A model generated the notes under the pieces. That model was not told where the DNA came from and did not search any database. It saw only the letters and a list, made by a program, of their open reading frames with translations. A DNA stretch of 64,000 nt. Origin: Tubiluchus corallicola (taxonomy: Eukaryota > Animalia > Priapulida). Below are positions 34,623 through 49,413 of this stretch, in pieces. The position numbers and the translations under genes are program-made. Location: the NCBI GenBank assembly GCA_030141605.1, contig JAQGDQ010000517.1:1-64000 (forward strand), read 5' to 3'. Every line of letters starts with the position of its first letter. Position 1 is the stretch's first letter.

Positions 34623-37292
34623 TTTTTTACGCCTGCAAGTAGCATTTCTAAAACTACACAACAAAAACTGTTATTACAACAGCATGTATCATTTTTAAAA
34701 TCCTTGATGGACAGATTGCAGTATCGAACTCACGAGCACCCAGACAGAAAGCGGGCGAGTTACCACTTGACTATATCGTCTGGTCAATAACTGACAATTA
34801 TTAAGTAATTTTGAATTATATAACTTAATTAAATTGAACAGTGCAATACGTCAGTAAGTTAAATGAATTAGAATTTCTGTAATAACAAACGCTGAGCAAG
34901 TTAATGTGAGATTAGTCAATAATATACATAAAGTTACGAAGTTAAACGATGTAAGTGTAACACAATAATTAAAGCAAAAATGGAAATAATTCTAATGACA
35001 AGAACTGAAACAAACGCTAAAAATCCAACAAAGACAAGCTATTGAAACGCCATGTGTTTTCTTATTCTGGGTGCTTTATTAGTTAAATTTTATATCTTTA
35101 ACTGCGAAATTAAATATATATATATGCAAGCCTCCCTTTCGAACAGCGGGCTGCTGCATTTTTGCATCACGTCGATACCTTATTTTCGGCATCCGCAAGC
35201 AAATCAAGCATTTATTACATTATTGTTTGAAAACAAGTTCCAAAATGGACCCTGCTTTATTTTTATTGTAAGAGAAGGACTAAAAGGAGCGTGCCGACAT
35301 GCTGCAGCGGTGACAAGAATTATAAGGAGCCCCTATTTCAAGAGGTATCTTACCCTTGTTCAGTGAAAGGATGTTTTTTCACTGCCTTTTTGCATTTCAG
35401 CCAGCTGTTGTAGTAGTAATATAGTGTGTAGGGTGTAGTGCCCGGTTTAGGGTGTAGGCGAATTCCCAACAATTTAGCTTTGACTCCAAGGACGTCATTA
35501 AATTATTTTTCTTTGTAAGGTCTTGAAGATTAAGGCGTTTTTACGTCGAAAAAACTATTTCAAAAGATCTTCAACACGCTTATACAAAAATTTTCAATAT
35601 ACTGCAACCATCTTATCGCTTATGATCGTCAACATCGCTCGTATTATTTCCGCTAGGGTTGCCATAGTTCCCTTCTCTCATCGTACATCTTGTCGCCGAA
35701 ACACAAATCGTCTTCGTTAACCCCGTCAGCATGTCAAACCTAGAATTATAATCGCAATAAGTCTCCAACCCCCAATTATTGTCTGATGATGAAGCCTATA
35801 TATTCGTATTGATAGTCAAGGAAGCCATTCTCTAGTGGATGTCAGATTAATTTACTTTCCACGGTTGTAGCTGCTATATTGTAGCCAGAACATAGATATA
35901 AGCACTGAGTCACAATTCGCGAAAGGGACATCGTTTTTGATTCGGCGAACTGCTATAAGAAGAGAAATTTTGCAACGACTTTCAGTTCTTTGTTGAAGAC
36001 AAAGATGAAAACTTGCGAGAGCTCTAAAGACAGAAAGCGCAATGTCAGTGCTTTGCAAATGTTTATTTTACATTTAATTTTTATTGTTCGAACGTTCAAA
36101 ATCTTTGGTTGGTACGAGGAAAAATGACATTTTCATTGGTCTGTTGATTCGTCTCTTCTTTTGTTTGTTCTGCCGTTCCTTTCATTCGTCTGACTATGCA
36201 CTATCTAACTAATTATATATAACTAAACGCACAAATATTTAATTTGTTCATTCGTTCGTTTATTTGTTTGCGGGCCAAGGTTCTGTTCATCGTAATTCCT
36301 TCGTTGAAATTCTTTGTTTGTTTGTCTCTCTGTGTGCTTGTTTATTTGTTCGTTTGTTTGTTATTTGTGTGTGCGTTTCTTTGTATGTTTGTACATTTGT
36401 TCGCTTGTTTGTTTGTTTGACTGACTGATTACTTGCTTGCTTGCTTAATCAGTCGGCCACCAATTTTGTTTAGCCAATATACCTATTCAGAGGTATATGT
36501 TGCACTAAAATGTTGCACAATTTTATAGCCTGCATTGAATTATTATGAAATGGCGAAGAAAATAGGATAGCATCACATATCCTTGAACTGTAAGACCCAA
36601 ACTGAATGTGGACCATGAACTAGCAATATCTAGGATCATGCACAGACGCATTAATAAACAAAATAAATTACGAAATATAAAAGCGAGGCACACAGCCGTT
36701 ATGGTAACGCAGTTATTACACGGTCACGTCCTTGCGATAAATCACACGTGGAAATTGGTCAGTGGGTTTTTGATTACGGGTTAGCATTTTTTTAGTGGTT
36801 CACTTAGATTTGGGTCTAAAGTTAGGCCCATAATATCAATGGAGTGCATTTGTGTCTTTTTCGAAGAAGATTCACACTCGTATTTTGTTCTGCCAATCTC
36901 TCTCTCTTTCTCTTTCTCTCTCTGCCTCTCTTTCTTCTTAAATTGCTATCACTTGTATGACACGTGTGGCATCAATATACCAACTTAATAGCAGCAGCAG
37001 CAACAGCATTGAGAATTACAAGAGGATCTAATTACTAGATAGATAGATAGATGTTTTATTTAAAATCATATTAATATTAATATCATATTAAGTACTTATC
37101 ATATTAAACTACTTTAAATACTTATTTAGTGATCAGTTAATCCAGATTCACTTAAACACCCCGTGTGACATGACAAATCGCAGAACTTGAGGATCGCTCT
37201 TGTCCCATATCTGACCACCGTCCAATAAATTAGTTAGCAGCGAAATCTGCAGTTCTCAAGTTCCATAAGAATCATTTTTTGCTGTAACAAGA

Positions 37293-37490
<198 letters not shown>

Positions 37491-38129
37491 TATAGGATAA
37501 TTCTTTTGTTCTAATAACAGTTTAACAATACTTGTGTTTTTAAATAAAAATGATATAAATATAGAAGACGTAAAACAGATGAAAATTTGACGTGTGAAAG
37601 CAACTTCTGAGCTGGTTATAAGTTCTTTTTAAGTGAAACGGACCGGTAAAGTAATAAACAAATGATAGAAAATTTTTCATGCATGCACCCAGACAGTGTT
37701 GTCATAAGATTTCCTCTGCTTTTGTAGTTTTTCAGGTAAGTTCTCAAAATTTTGTTTGCACTTGGCAGGAATTTTCAAAAAAAATTAGCAAGGTACAAAA
37801 GGTTTTAGTCATATCTAGTAATTCTGTGTAACACACTGTCACGCATCCTGCGAGAAAGTGTTGCAAGATTCTGGGAGCTTATAATTTATTGCCGATGAAA
37901 TTCCCTCGATAGCTGAACGCATTTCCCCATTCCTGGTAAGATCTTCGGATCATAATTTGGACAATCGTTCACAGGCAGGCTTCCCTGGAAATCCTGGAAC
38001 TATGACTCGTCCAGAAATAGTTGCAAGATTTTATGATTATAGCTGAATTTAATTTCCCCGTTGCCTCCAATGCCAAGTCTCTATATGCTTCGGACGGCTA
38101 CAAAAACATATTTAGAAAACAGTTTTACT

Positions 38130-38477
38130 GGTTTCTGTCTGGAATTCCATCGGCCTGCCAGCTCAGTGGCACCGTCTATCGTCCGCGCTGCCGGTGACGT
38201 CAAGTCACGTGATCGTGACGTTTGGGGAAACTCGCGACTAAAATAGCATGAATGAGCGATGATGTCATGCAGCAGCTACTGCTGTGAATTTCATAAAAGG
38301 AGCCGCTACGTTGGCATAGTGCGCTCGCACACTGTTTACGAAGAGCAAAGCTTACGACGTGGTGTCTGAATCATTTAAGACATAGTATGTGAGTAACAGA
38401 CACACTGGTTGGAACTGGCATGAGTCTGCCTGTTGAGTAAAACGTCCTCGGTATTGGGCAATGCTGCTGAAATTCAT
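38130..38477 (+). promoter_or_regulatory. Promoter and probable non-coding first exon of the DUSP10-like gene
   Basis: Locally GC/CpG-rich. Contains CRE TGACGTCA (38195), E-box CACGTG (38206), a further TGACG half-site and TATA-like CATAAAAG (about 38292). Donor CAT|GTAAGT at 38477/38478 and acceptor ttttag at 39184. Confidence 0.65.
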
Positions 38478-39278
38478 GTAAGTCTGATTATTGATTACCC
38501 AGTTCATACGTAGTTCACTTTTGCATTGATCAGTGCTGCATATTTATTATCGTAATTATTTTTCGAGAATTTACAAGGTATTTTGAGAAATTGTAAATCG
38601 TTTTTAGTATTTTGTTACAATTTAATGTCTTTTTGTTACATAGGTTAGCTGAATCCAGCTTAAAGGTCTACGACTATATTCAGGCCTAAACACCCACATT
38701 ATGAAGTAATTTTTGTCACGCACAATTAAAATAGTGGAATGAGTAACGAAAAGTTTAAAAAACGTCAATTCGCTTGAAAAACCAGCGCTGCCAATGTCAT
38801 TCATTTCAAGAAATATGGCAAAAAATATGTAGTTTATTTCAATGTAATCATATAGTTAAAGCTGTTGTAATTGGTACGGCCATGTAGTGTTACTGTGCTG
38901 TTCTTTTTTGCAAAAGTTTATGCTTATTGTTCTCGAAAGTTATTTATATTGTCTTTGTATTGCTGTTGCAGTGAAACTCAGTTTATATTAACTTTGTGGA
39001 TAAAAAACGTAAAACACATTAAAATGCCAAAATGTTACAGGCGTTTTAGGTGTTTATCGTTGTACTTTTGTCGTCTTATTGCAATATTTTTAGCTTATGT
39101 TTATGATTTTAAAATGTTAAAATTCATTCATATCTTAATTCAAGTTACTTTTGCTCATATGGTAGCTATTTTTGTGCTCTTTAGGTTATAAAGTCAAGTA
39201 CTAGAAGGCACGGCAATCAAGGTGGGTGAAGAGTCCTCAACAAACTCTCCAGTGAAAGGAGCTGCCAACAGTCAATCA

Positions 39279-42200
39279 ATGTCTGGGTGCCTCGAGGTCT
39301 TGCCACCTCCTAACGTTGCCCTGGACTGTCCACGGCCATCACAAACCCTGGATTCGTCAAGGAGCATCTCGGGACGTCCCAGACCGCGGTCACTATGCTG
39401 CGGGTCACCTCCTGCCAAGAGGGCCTGCAAGCTGGAGTTACCGCCTCTTCCCAACAAAGCGAGGGGCTTGTGCCTCCCTCGCCCTTATCTCATAGGCAAC
39501 GCCAATGTAGCTGCCAAATGTACAAAGAACAATAACTTAATCAACAATGTCATTGTCATATCACCGAACGAACTGGCATCGAAAATGACCAAACCGAAAG
39601 CATTCCTTCTCCTAGATTGCAGGTCGTTTCTTGCATACAACACGAACCACATATATGGTGCATTGAACCTGAATTGTGTGGACCGCTTCAGCAGAAGACG
39701 CCTGCAACAGAACAAGGTCACCATTGTCGACCTTGTGTCATCGAAAGAAGGAAGAGAGACGTTTCGAAAGAGGCCGGCCTGCCGCGAGGTTATCATCTAT
39801 GATGATTCAACCATAGAGACAGGACAGATTACCACAGCCCACCCCCTGTACGCTGTAATCAGTCAACTCCATCGAGAGGGAAAGACGGTCGCTTTATTGA
39901 AAGGTGAGCAATATTAGATTTAGCCAAAATATGCAACCATTAAACATTAGTCTTGTTAGGCTTGTAAACTATGCGTAATTTCTAAAGAATTCAAACTTTA
40001 GCTCACCGCTACATATATAGCTATGCTACTAAATACCAACCTAAATTACTTGATATTTGGGCAATTGTGATTGGAGTATTTTAATGTCTGCAGGCAACAC
40101 TAGAAATCACTTTATCATAGCAAGATTTTGTGATAAACTGCTAGCAAATCTTGTCCCTGCTACTCACTGGCGTGATAAAGTTGAGCCATTTTAATTCAGC
40201 AGCTGTTTTACTTCAGAGATAAGTAAAAAATTCAACGCACCGGCGTATGATGAGGAAGTAGTGCATTGTTATTTCCATACGTTTAGCCATAGATCTCCCA
40301 AACCACAGTCAAAAGTTGTGGAACAATATATGCTTGAGATTACTCTCTCATCCTTATAAGATTTTTTACTCTTAAATGGTAGAAAAGTATCTAACCAGCA
40401 CCAATCTCGGTTTCTACTACACTATTTCCAGCCATTTATCTTGTTAAACCTGGTTAAAAAACCTCTGTTGGTTCAGTGTCTCATCTTAGCGCCTTATTGA
40501 TGATAGTGAATTAGGTTACAGGCCAATTACATCCAGTCTACAATAAATGCGCCTTCCCGTTAACTAGTGGATTATACGTGTAACGAACTATTTAAAAAAT
40601 AATTCAAGCCGACCGGCACTTTTCAAAAGGAGACAGTCATACAAAGAACTAATTTGCTGAACTATTAACAACGTTTTGGTGCCACATGGTTTTCCAAGCT
40701 CCTTGTCCTTCTCCTGTTGTGCTTCGTCCACCAAAACCATGCTTCAAGGATGTCGCAGAGGCGAAAAAGTTACTTTATGTCAACCAGTTAGCAAGATCTG
40801 CAGGTTCTGCACTAAAAAGGGTTAGCATTAAAAAATATTGAAATCAGAGTAACCAATTAAAAAGATACATTAAAAATAACTTTTCTATGTCTCTTATTAA
40901 ATTTTACCCTGTATGTTCTCCTCAAGTAGTATTCTCCATAAGTAAGCCTACTTTGATAGAGTTTCCACAATTTGTTCATAGTACTGTTAGTCGACCTTGG
41001 ATTTACCACTTATTTTCAACCTATGAGAATATTATGCCCCGTGAGTGTAAAATTATCAATGCCTGATTATGGTGTTTCTACCTGCGATTCTGAATAAAGA
41101 GATGAATCATCGTAACAGTAGACAGGCAAATTTACATTCGAATTGCACATAATACGCGGGCATTGTAAAATGCAAAGTATTGTGGTGCATATGGCCCAGA
41201 TAGAGAGGTGCACCAAATGAGTCACCCACAGTTGCCCACACCTGGCGATCAAGGGAGGGTCGCGCCGGCGGTGAGTCACAGCACCAGCGTAACGCTACCG
41301 AAATTCATTGTTGTCACAGATTGCGGTTTCTGCAAGGTCTTTGCAAGTAGCATTAAGTACCTGAGTTAAAAAGAAGTCGCCTGGTATACAGCCGTCCCTT
41401 TTTTTAGTTTCTCCGAGCATTCATTTTTTATTGAGTGCTACCTTGATGATTTGATTTGTCAATTCATTTTGCTGTTTTATCTTACAAATAACATTTTCCG
41501 TTTTTATTGATTTCGTAATTATCAAATTATCAGAGAGTCTTTGCCTTGTGCCTTTCGTTTTTCATTAAATAGTCAAATTTTGAACTTTAATCTAATCATA
41601 TTCTATAACAGTTGTAATCGATGTTCGATAATATGCTATTTCATAACTCGACTAGAATACTATAAATACTAAATTCATTCACATTGTGCGAAAAATTTTT
41701 CTGTCCTTGCGAGCTGTAGTCTGTAGATTTGTGGAACTTCACGCACTTTCAGTTGGAGTTCTTGATAACCCTAGAGTGTAATTTATGGCTTCGTTTCCCA
41801 GCAATTTATCTAGATTTTTTTCCTTGCGTTCTTCGCTAGCACACTTATATTCAAACTTAACTAAATTTGCGAAAGTTGCCCGCAAATTAACCGAATCTCG
41901 GCAAACACACAATAGAGATAATAGCCCCGTTTCGCGTTAAAGTAAAATAATTATTGGCGAGATGTTTTTACCTAGAAAAATGGGACCCGTGAGTCATGTC
42001 AGGCAAAATCGCAGTGATAACTTTCAAGCACTTCTGCTAATTAAGCCTCTCGCATTCATTTTTTCCATTGCGGCATTAAATCTGTGCATAAAAGCCACGC
42101 ATGCGCATTCAATAATTTCGTGAGTCACCGGATGGAAATTATCCATTACCTTCAATAGAAAAAAGGACCCACGTATTTCACATTGCATTTTAACATTTTA

Positions 42201-45200
42201 ACACCGAGTTAACTATATTCTCATTTTAATATGTAAATATATAACATGTTATGTGAAAACCTTAAACAAGATATAAGCCTTCGATAGCCTGCTATATGAA
42301 AATATTCTTACAAGAGTCTTAAGAAGTTATTTAAAATAAATTCCGACTATACTGCTCATAATAAGTTCCGCACACGTTTTTATGCCCAAAAATTTGAAAA
42401 ATTTCTACTCAGGTGTAGAGTACTTAAATGGAGCTGGTGGTACGGGAACTAAATTTACACATTATTACCCAATAAATACATAGTTTTTCATACATAGTCT
42501 GAGTCACTCGTTTCTGCGATCTTGTATCGTCGTATATATAGATAATTAGACGTTACTACGTTATCGTTGATTTATTTTATTCACTGTATGCTTTGATTAT
42601 TATTTGATTAATTATTTATTTACGCTTTTGAAATAAACTACAATAAAATACACGTTATACATTACAATACTAAACAGTTTGTATAATGGTACTGAGTTAA
42701 GTTAACTGGGTGTCTTCTATAAAACAAAAGCTGCTTAGTCTGACTACACTTGTTTTGTGTATGTGACAAGCACGCTCCTTTTGGAACTAGAAGGTCATTT
42801 GATTATGGTGCATGGCAAGAGATTACTTAAAAAAACTCATGTAAACGAAAGTTGAAATAACAACAAACTGTGGACAGCTTCGAACAGAGGCTGCAAATTA
42901 TAGTTTTGTCACTGTAATATAATCAAAATTCAGAAAAAACTAATCTGAAAAAGCTTCTTATTAAAAAATTGAAATGTGTCAAAAACGGAAACCTATATAT
43001 ACGTGTCGATATATATGCGGATCTTTATTCTTAAACCTTATCAGCATTTTATACTGCAAGTTATTATCTATAATAATTATTATACAGTACTTGGTTATTT
43101 AAAATGCGAATAAATTCATTCAATTTATCTGTATGTTGGGTCGTGAACTCGCTAATACAGGTGCATATTGTAGCGGTATGACTCACCCACCTGTATAAGC
43201 CGCTTGTCTGCTTGAATGTAAATATTATACTCCTCGGAATTTACCTGCGGTTTACTTTCGCTCCGGGCCATAATTTGTAAGTGGAGAGATGGATTGTAAT
43301 TTTGTACAGTCCAACATGATTTTTGTAAAAAGTCTTCTGCTGGTTGATTATTTCGCTGATAATACATTGCCAAGTCGTAAATTTTACACAGAAACAGTTA
43401 ACAACGGAAAAGGTTGTAATGTCATTGTAGTAAACATTAACAATTAATAGCAGTAGAAGCAGTGATACTCGGATATTGACAGTATTTTAAATGGGACGAA
43501 CATTTGAAAAAGTTAGCACTACGAAATTTCAGATAGGACTACACTAAGCACTTAGTTAAAAGAAAGTCATATTTCAATGTTCGCGAAAAATGTTATGATT
43601 TAGTAAAAAAGTGTGACAAACGGCTCGTGTGGTTAGTTAAATTATTTTAAAGTCGCAATCATTTCACGCTTGGGCGCTTCCATTTTGGACGCTGGTCGCC
43701 CATTCTTCCATGTTTTTCGTTGGCTGTAGAAAAGCAACGCACTGTTAATTTCTGCCAAAAGTATACTAAGTTTCTACATAGCTAATTTTGTGATACTTAT
43801 TAATGAACATTAGTTAAGTTACAGCGGTTTTAAGTAAGTTATAGACAGTTATAGCTATGCTTTATAAACAATTTTGTTGCATTTTTTTCTAAGTTTAAGA
43901 GATGTTAGTAAATTAAAACCCAACGTTTTACGTGGCTTTGCTTTAACTCTTAGCTAGTCACTTATAAGTTTAAACTATTGTCTAAACTAAATTCACTCAT
44001 TGATGTGCATTATGGATTTATAACAACAATTCTACGCTTATTGAACCTTGGCACTTTATGGCCGTAATAAACTATAATATCAAATTCGTGTTTTATCAAA
44101 ATTAATCGCCAGACTTTGCTAAAACGCTTTCTCACATTTTGAGGAAGATCTGCACACAAAAATGCTTCAAATTGTGCAAGAATTCATTTACAAGTTATGT
44201 TGCAGTTACCAACACGCACAGCAAGACTGATTGTAGTCCACTCTTTGTGAAACAAACTAATTTATGATACTCCAGCGAGAATTTTTAATGAGGTTTTAGC
44301 CCATCGTAATTAACTTAATGACTTAACTGTCTCCTCTGCTGCGTTTACTGGGAATTTTCTTCCAAATTTTATCTGCGTAAAATTGATAATAAAGTATAGC
44401 CATGTCTGCTACTGTTGTTTTGCGGTGTAAACGGACATATCCATTAGTCAAGTGAATACTTAATAAAATGCAAAATATTCCGAAGCCATCGTATTTGGAA
44501 TTACTTTTTACGTATGCCGGTAGGTTTAGTTTTTTAACACAAAACGAATAAAATAAAAAGACCGAATATTTAAAGCGTGTTTGGCATATAGGCCTATTCC
44601 TAGGAATTAACTAATTCCTAGCAGAAACTCGTTTAATTAACAAGTAATATTAAACACAAAGCTCTTTATAATTCGTTAAATTTAAAATATTGTTTTATTA
44701 ATAATGTTGGATAAAACTAGGTTTGACAAAGCATGCGTCACGTGAACATACACGCGCTTCAGAAATTCCGTATGGCGTTGTCACTCGTTTATACATATTT
44801 TAGCCATGTGAGAAATCCAGCTGGGAGAGCCAATTGATACAAGTCAGCAGTCAAAAGATAGCCCAAGAGAGGGAGAAGGGGCAAACGGGTGTCAAGATTA
44901 AGCAAATGCCGGTGGAGAACTGCAAGAAAATAAACATCTCCACCACATAAGTGCTGCTATAATCTGTATTAAAGATTCTCCACAAAAGAAAAACTCTGCA
45001 AACGCTTTCCTCAGTTATGAAATGCTGTTAGTTTTTGTTGATCTTGTAAGATTATGTAGCTGCTCGTTTGACCCCAGCACATTCCACAGTAATATTAGAC
45101 ATGTATATGGAAACATTATACTTAGTAATATACGAGCATAATAGGCTTTTTCTTATTGGGGCAACAGTCTTGTCGTAAACATATATAGGACAATTTTACG

Positions 45201-48200
45201 TTGAGGGAATTTTTCTAAGCGTTTTTTCCAATTTTGCATTAAGAAAACATGAAGGAAGTCACATACTATTAAAAGTAGCGTTTTGGTTGTTGCAGCAGGC
45301 ATAAATGCATTTAATCTGCATACCAACCCGTATAAAGGAGCACATATCTTCCTCACAAAAAATCTACACATCTCAGACCTTAGCTTTCGATAAAACCACA
45401 TATTTGACAAACGTTTCTAGTAAAAATTTGGGAAAATTAAAAGAAATTATAACAACAATGATGCATGATAGTGTTTTTAAACCTATATTAAATGCTTTTG
45501 ATCAGTTTAATTAACTGCCTTCAGTATTTTGTATCGATTTTTTTATATTTCATTTTTTAAAATTCGAAACATAATTATTACCATTAAAATTAATGTGCAA
45601 AGTGAAATGTTCCACCAAGTTTGTGCAATAAATAAAACAAAGTTTAAGTCACCACCTATTAATTAAATCTGTGAATATTATGCTTATAATTACAGTAAGG
45701 CCCTGTAAGGGTGAGTTCGACTTTTGTGGTAATTAATTACATGTTCATAATTTAAACAGCGAGGTTGGTAGACTTAATTGGTACGCTACACTACCACAAG
45801 GTTATCGGTTATATTACAGTTCATGTACACTGGCTGCATAATTGGGACGCGCATGACTCATCTGTTGTTTGTTTACAATGATTCATTTATTGTTTACCGA
45901 TGTGTTTTCAACGACCCCGTTTCCAGCTATCAACGATGAACCCAGGGTTTTTCTTCACAGGAATCTTGATTTTTTTTTGTTTGTTCGTGAACAAGATGAC
46001 GTCACGGTGACGTCTGTTCAATCCTCAGCCGCCAACATATTGAAATTGAAAACCGGAAACGAACGAAAACTGAAAAACGTTCACCCGGAATGTTGGTTTG
46101 TTTGTAAACAATTTAAAGTTGTCTTCATTTTGCCGTTTTTGTTGATATATTGAAAATGTCTTTAGGCAAATTAAGTATAATTGTAATTTGTCAGACGTTG
46201 ATTACAATAAAAATTATATTTAAACAATTTTGCTCGAAAATGAGTTTAATGTAGAAAATCTTATATTCGTTATTTCCATAACAGAACATAATCACAAAAT
46301 GCAAATAGGCCTGTACACGGTAATCATTGGTAAATAGGTCTTAAGCCTCCACATTTATACTAGTTAGGTTATCACAACCTAGATCTTTGTAAGTACACAA
46401 AAAGTTAATATTGAAACTTTTATTGCAATAGCGGACTTCGCACAGCTAACTAAATTAAATAATCAAACGACCTAATAATTATAGACCATCACTCACGAAT
46501 CACAAATCATAAATAATAAATATATCATTAATTCAACATGTCAAGCCAAACCCTTGCATAATGTTAGCAGAATATCAAAAAGCAAACATGATTAAGCACC
46601 ACTAATCCATAATTTGTGCGCATAAGCAAATCACGACTATGTAGTGGAAAACAAAAAACATCGTTTTCCTATAGTATTTTAACAATGACATTCTGCAAAT
46701 AGATTTATCAGTTTCAAGCGTTATTTATTAAGACTGGGCATCTGCTTTTGATCTTATCGTGTCATTTATAGTCCATGTCACACGGTTTCAAACCTGGAGC
46801 TGCATAATTGCTTGATAATGATATAGATAAATTGCGGAATTATAAAGATATTATCATATGTTTCGTGGCTATAATAGCAGACATTTTTTCTACAGATCGC
46901 ACCCATAGAATTTTGGCGAATAAAATTGGTGCAGAGTAACTATAACGTTGAAAAACCACTTATTTCTAATTTAAAAATTCTAGTACTGTATGAGAATATT
47001 CTGTGGGACCACTTAATTTTTTTATATTACAATTATACGAAACGAATTTAACAAAAACAAAAACAAAAACGAAAAGAATAATATACTTGCATTTTTATTG
47101 CTAATTCATTTTCTAAAATATTACTCCTGTTAAAATTACCATCTCTTGATTGCCATCTTTGCACTTTCACAGCGTTGAGCAAATTTCTTTCCCTTCTTAA
47201 CCAATTTCTTGCCCTTTTTTCGGCAGGACACGTTTGCATCCATGATTATTGCGTGCGACCATGTACCGTATAGTTACTTTGTTTTGATTGTGAACATGAC
47301 TTTTAGCTTAGTCACGATGGCAAATACACTTGTCAAATAAAGCCCAGTGTTGTTGTACCGTGAATTTCAACTCCTCAGCAACTTTATGCTGAAATATCCT
47401 TAAAACTCTTTCGAAAAATAGTCATAGCCGAGTGGTCTAATTCGCTGGTACTTGAGAATGCATAACGATGAGTACGCATTCGACGTTATGCTTGGTCAGT
47501 CTTACACCCTTGTAAATGAACAAAGTTTGAGACACTTTTACTTTCTAAATAATTACAGACTGATACGCTTCTAAGCTCATTCCATACACCACACCCCCAC
47601 TTCCAACAATGACGACAATAATAAATTCATACACTCCACTGCATTAATTAAACATACCACACACCCCAAATACGAGCCGTATGAAATCTACACATGACTC
47701 ATAATTCAGACTTTTATAATATCCGTAATTATACGAATGAGGGCCGCCTATGATGTCATCGTCATTAGCTTGGAGGTGAAGTCACCCTATTAATTAGCAA
47801 ATGGTACACGTGCTTTAACACACTTAGTGACGCATCTGTATGGTTCCTGCATGAGCGCTTATATATGTATATAGGCGCTTACTCTATTACAGAGCAGGTG
47901 CAACAACAATATGCTGCCGTAAATTTGCTGCCACAGTTTCGCTCTGCTATCTTGCAATGAATGCAACATTCTTCAAAGCTCACGCCTTCTATCCTGTAAA
48001 TCTTTCTCATTAATACTCAAAATACTCAAGGGTTTCAAGTATGAAGAAATGAAAAATAAAAATAAAAAACAAATGATCTAAAGGCTTAAGAGTCATAATT
48101 AGAATGTGAGAAAGAAGCAGAATAAATACATCACAGTTCATTCAATTTCCCCAATAAATTGTTTACTTTGTCATTTGATTGGTCAGTCGGTCAGTCAGTT

Positions 48201-49413
48201 TGTCCTTCACTGTCGTTCATTTTATCATTGTTGTCAAAATAAGAAAACCCACATGATAACCCCACCCCTGTCTATGCACAGCAAAGCCAAAATTAAATGT
48301 CTGTCATTTCCGCGATATAATAAAGCCGACATTATTCATCTCTTTCTTTACACAAAAGAACGATGGGATGTTATTGTCTTTTTATCCCAGCTTAAGACCT
48401 TTTTACATGTAAATTCGGAATGATTGAGGTATCGCCTTTCTTCAAAAATCACCATGAATAATCCGCGAACGGGTGTAATTACTTTATTGCTGGTTATTAA
48501 ATTATAAAAAGAAGTTTCGCAAAAATGACGCGTCAGGTCAGAGACAAGGCATAAGGAGTTCACGCACTAATTAGTTAAACTAGTTCGTTTGTTTTGTTAT
48601 CTAGCTTATTTATTTGTTTGTTTGTATGTATGTTTATTTGTTTGTTTGTTTGTCATTTCTTTATTTTCTGTTTACTCTGCTTTTGTCTGCTTGCACTTTT
48701 GTTTTTGTTAACTGGCCAGGCTGGCTTAGCTTGTAACCTAGTAGCTAATGGACTAGATGGTTGATTGGCTGGTTAAGTAGCCGGTTAGTTTATTTTGACT
48801 GCTTGCTTTGTTATTTCTTTTCTTGCTTATTCACTTATTGCTATTAACTGCAGGGCTGACTGGTTAATTTGCTGACTGGCTGGCTGATTGTCCGGATGTT
48901 CCTTTTTTATTATTCAGTTTGGGAATGTACTTTTGAGGTACACCCATTTATGTCGTCGCTGGTTGTTATCATCGTCTTTATTGTCGTCCTTGCCATGAAT
49001 GTGTCATTTAACTGAAACATATCTATAAATTAATATCTTAATTTTTTCAGGTGGTCTCTCAGCATTCCAATTACAACATGGCAGTTTGTGTGAGAACGCT
49101 TTGCGGTCGAATAACCACAGTTTGCCTCCTGTATATCACAGTCCAACAGTACCTGTTGATACCTGCGAGTCAGAGACAGACATTGAGAATGCCCTGGCAA
49201 CACAGATTCTGCCTCACCTCTATCTCGGGAATGAAAGAGACGCCAGCAATCTTCAAAGACTTCTAGACCTCAGGATTTCCTACGTTCTTAACGTGACTGG
49301 ACATATTCAGTTCCATCACGAACAACATGGGCTAACCTACAAGCGCCTCCCAGCGACGGACAATGCTGAACAGAACTTGAAACAGTACTTTGAAGAAGCT
49401 TTTGCATTTATTG
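39279..49413 (+). CDS. DUSP10: Dual-specificity MAP kinase phosphatase, DUSP10/MKP5-like (partial; catalytic HCxxGxSRS exon not seen in window)
   Basis: Coding exon 39279-39903 holds a rhodanese/CH2 domain with a kinase-interaction motif ([45 protein letters not shown]...ALLK). It splices G|GT to exon 49051-49413 (GGLSAF...[22 protein letters not shown]...YVLNVT...[25 protein letters not shown]). Both closely resemble DUSP10 as I recall it. The first in-frame ATG after the in-frame TAA at 39189 is at 39279, so the ORF-track GTG at 39222 is unlikely to be the start. Confidence 0.92.

Noticed and set aside
39222-39278. GTG start of the 231-aa ORF
   Set aside because: Eukaryotic gene; the first in-frame ATG is at 39279. 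A non-AUG extension cannot be excluded but has no support.
47420-47495. tRNA-like A-box (TAGCCGAGTGGTCTAA); similar B-box fragments near 22260 and 56915
   Set aside because: No intact cloverleaf; at most SINE relics, so no tRNA gene was called.
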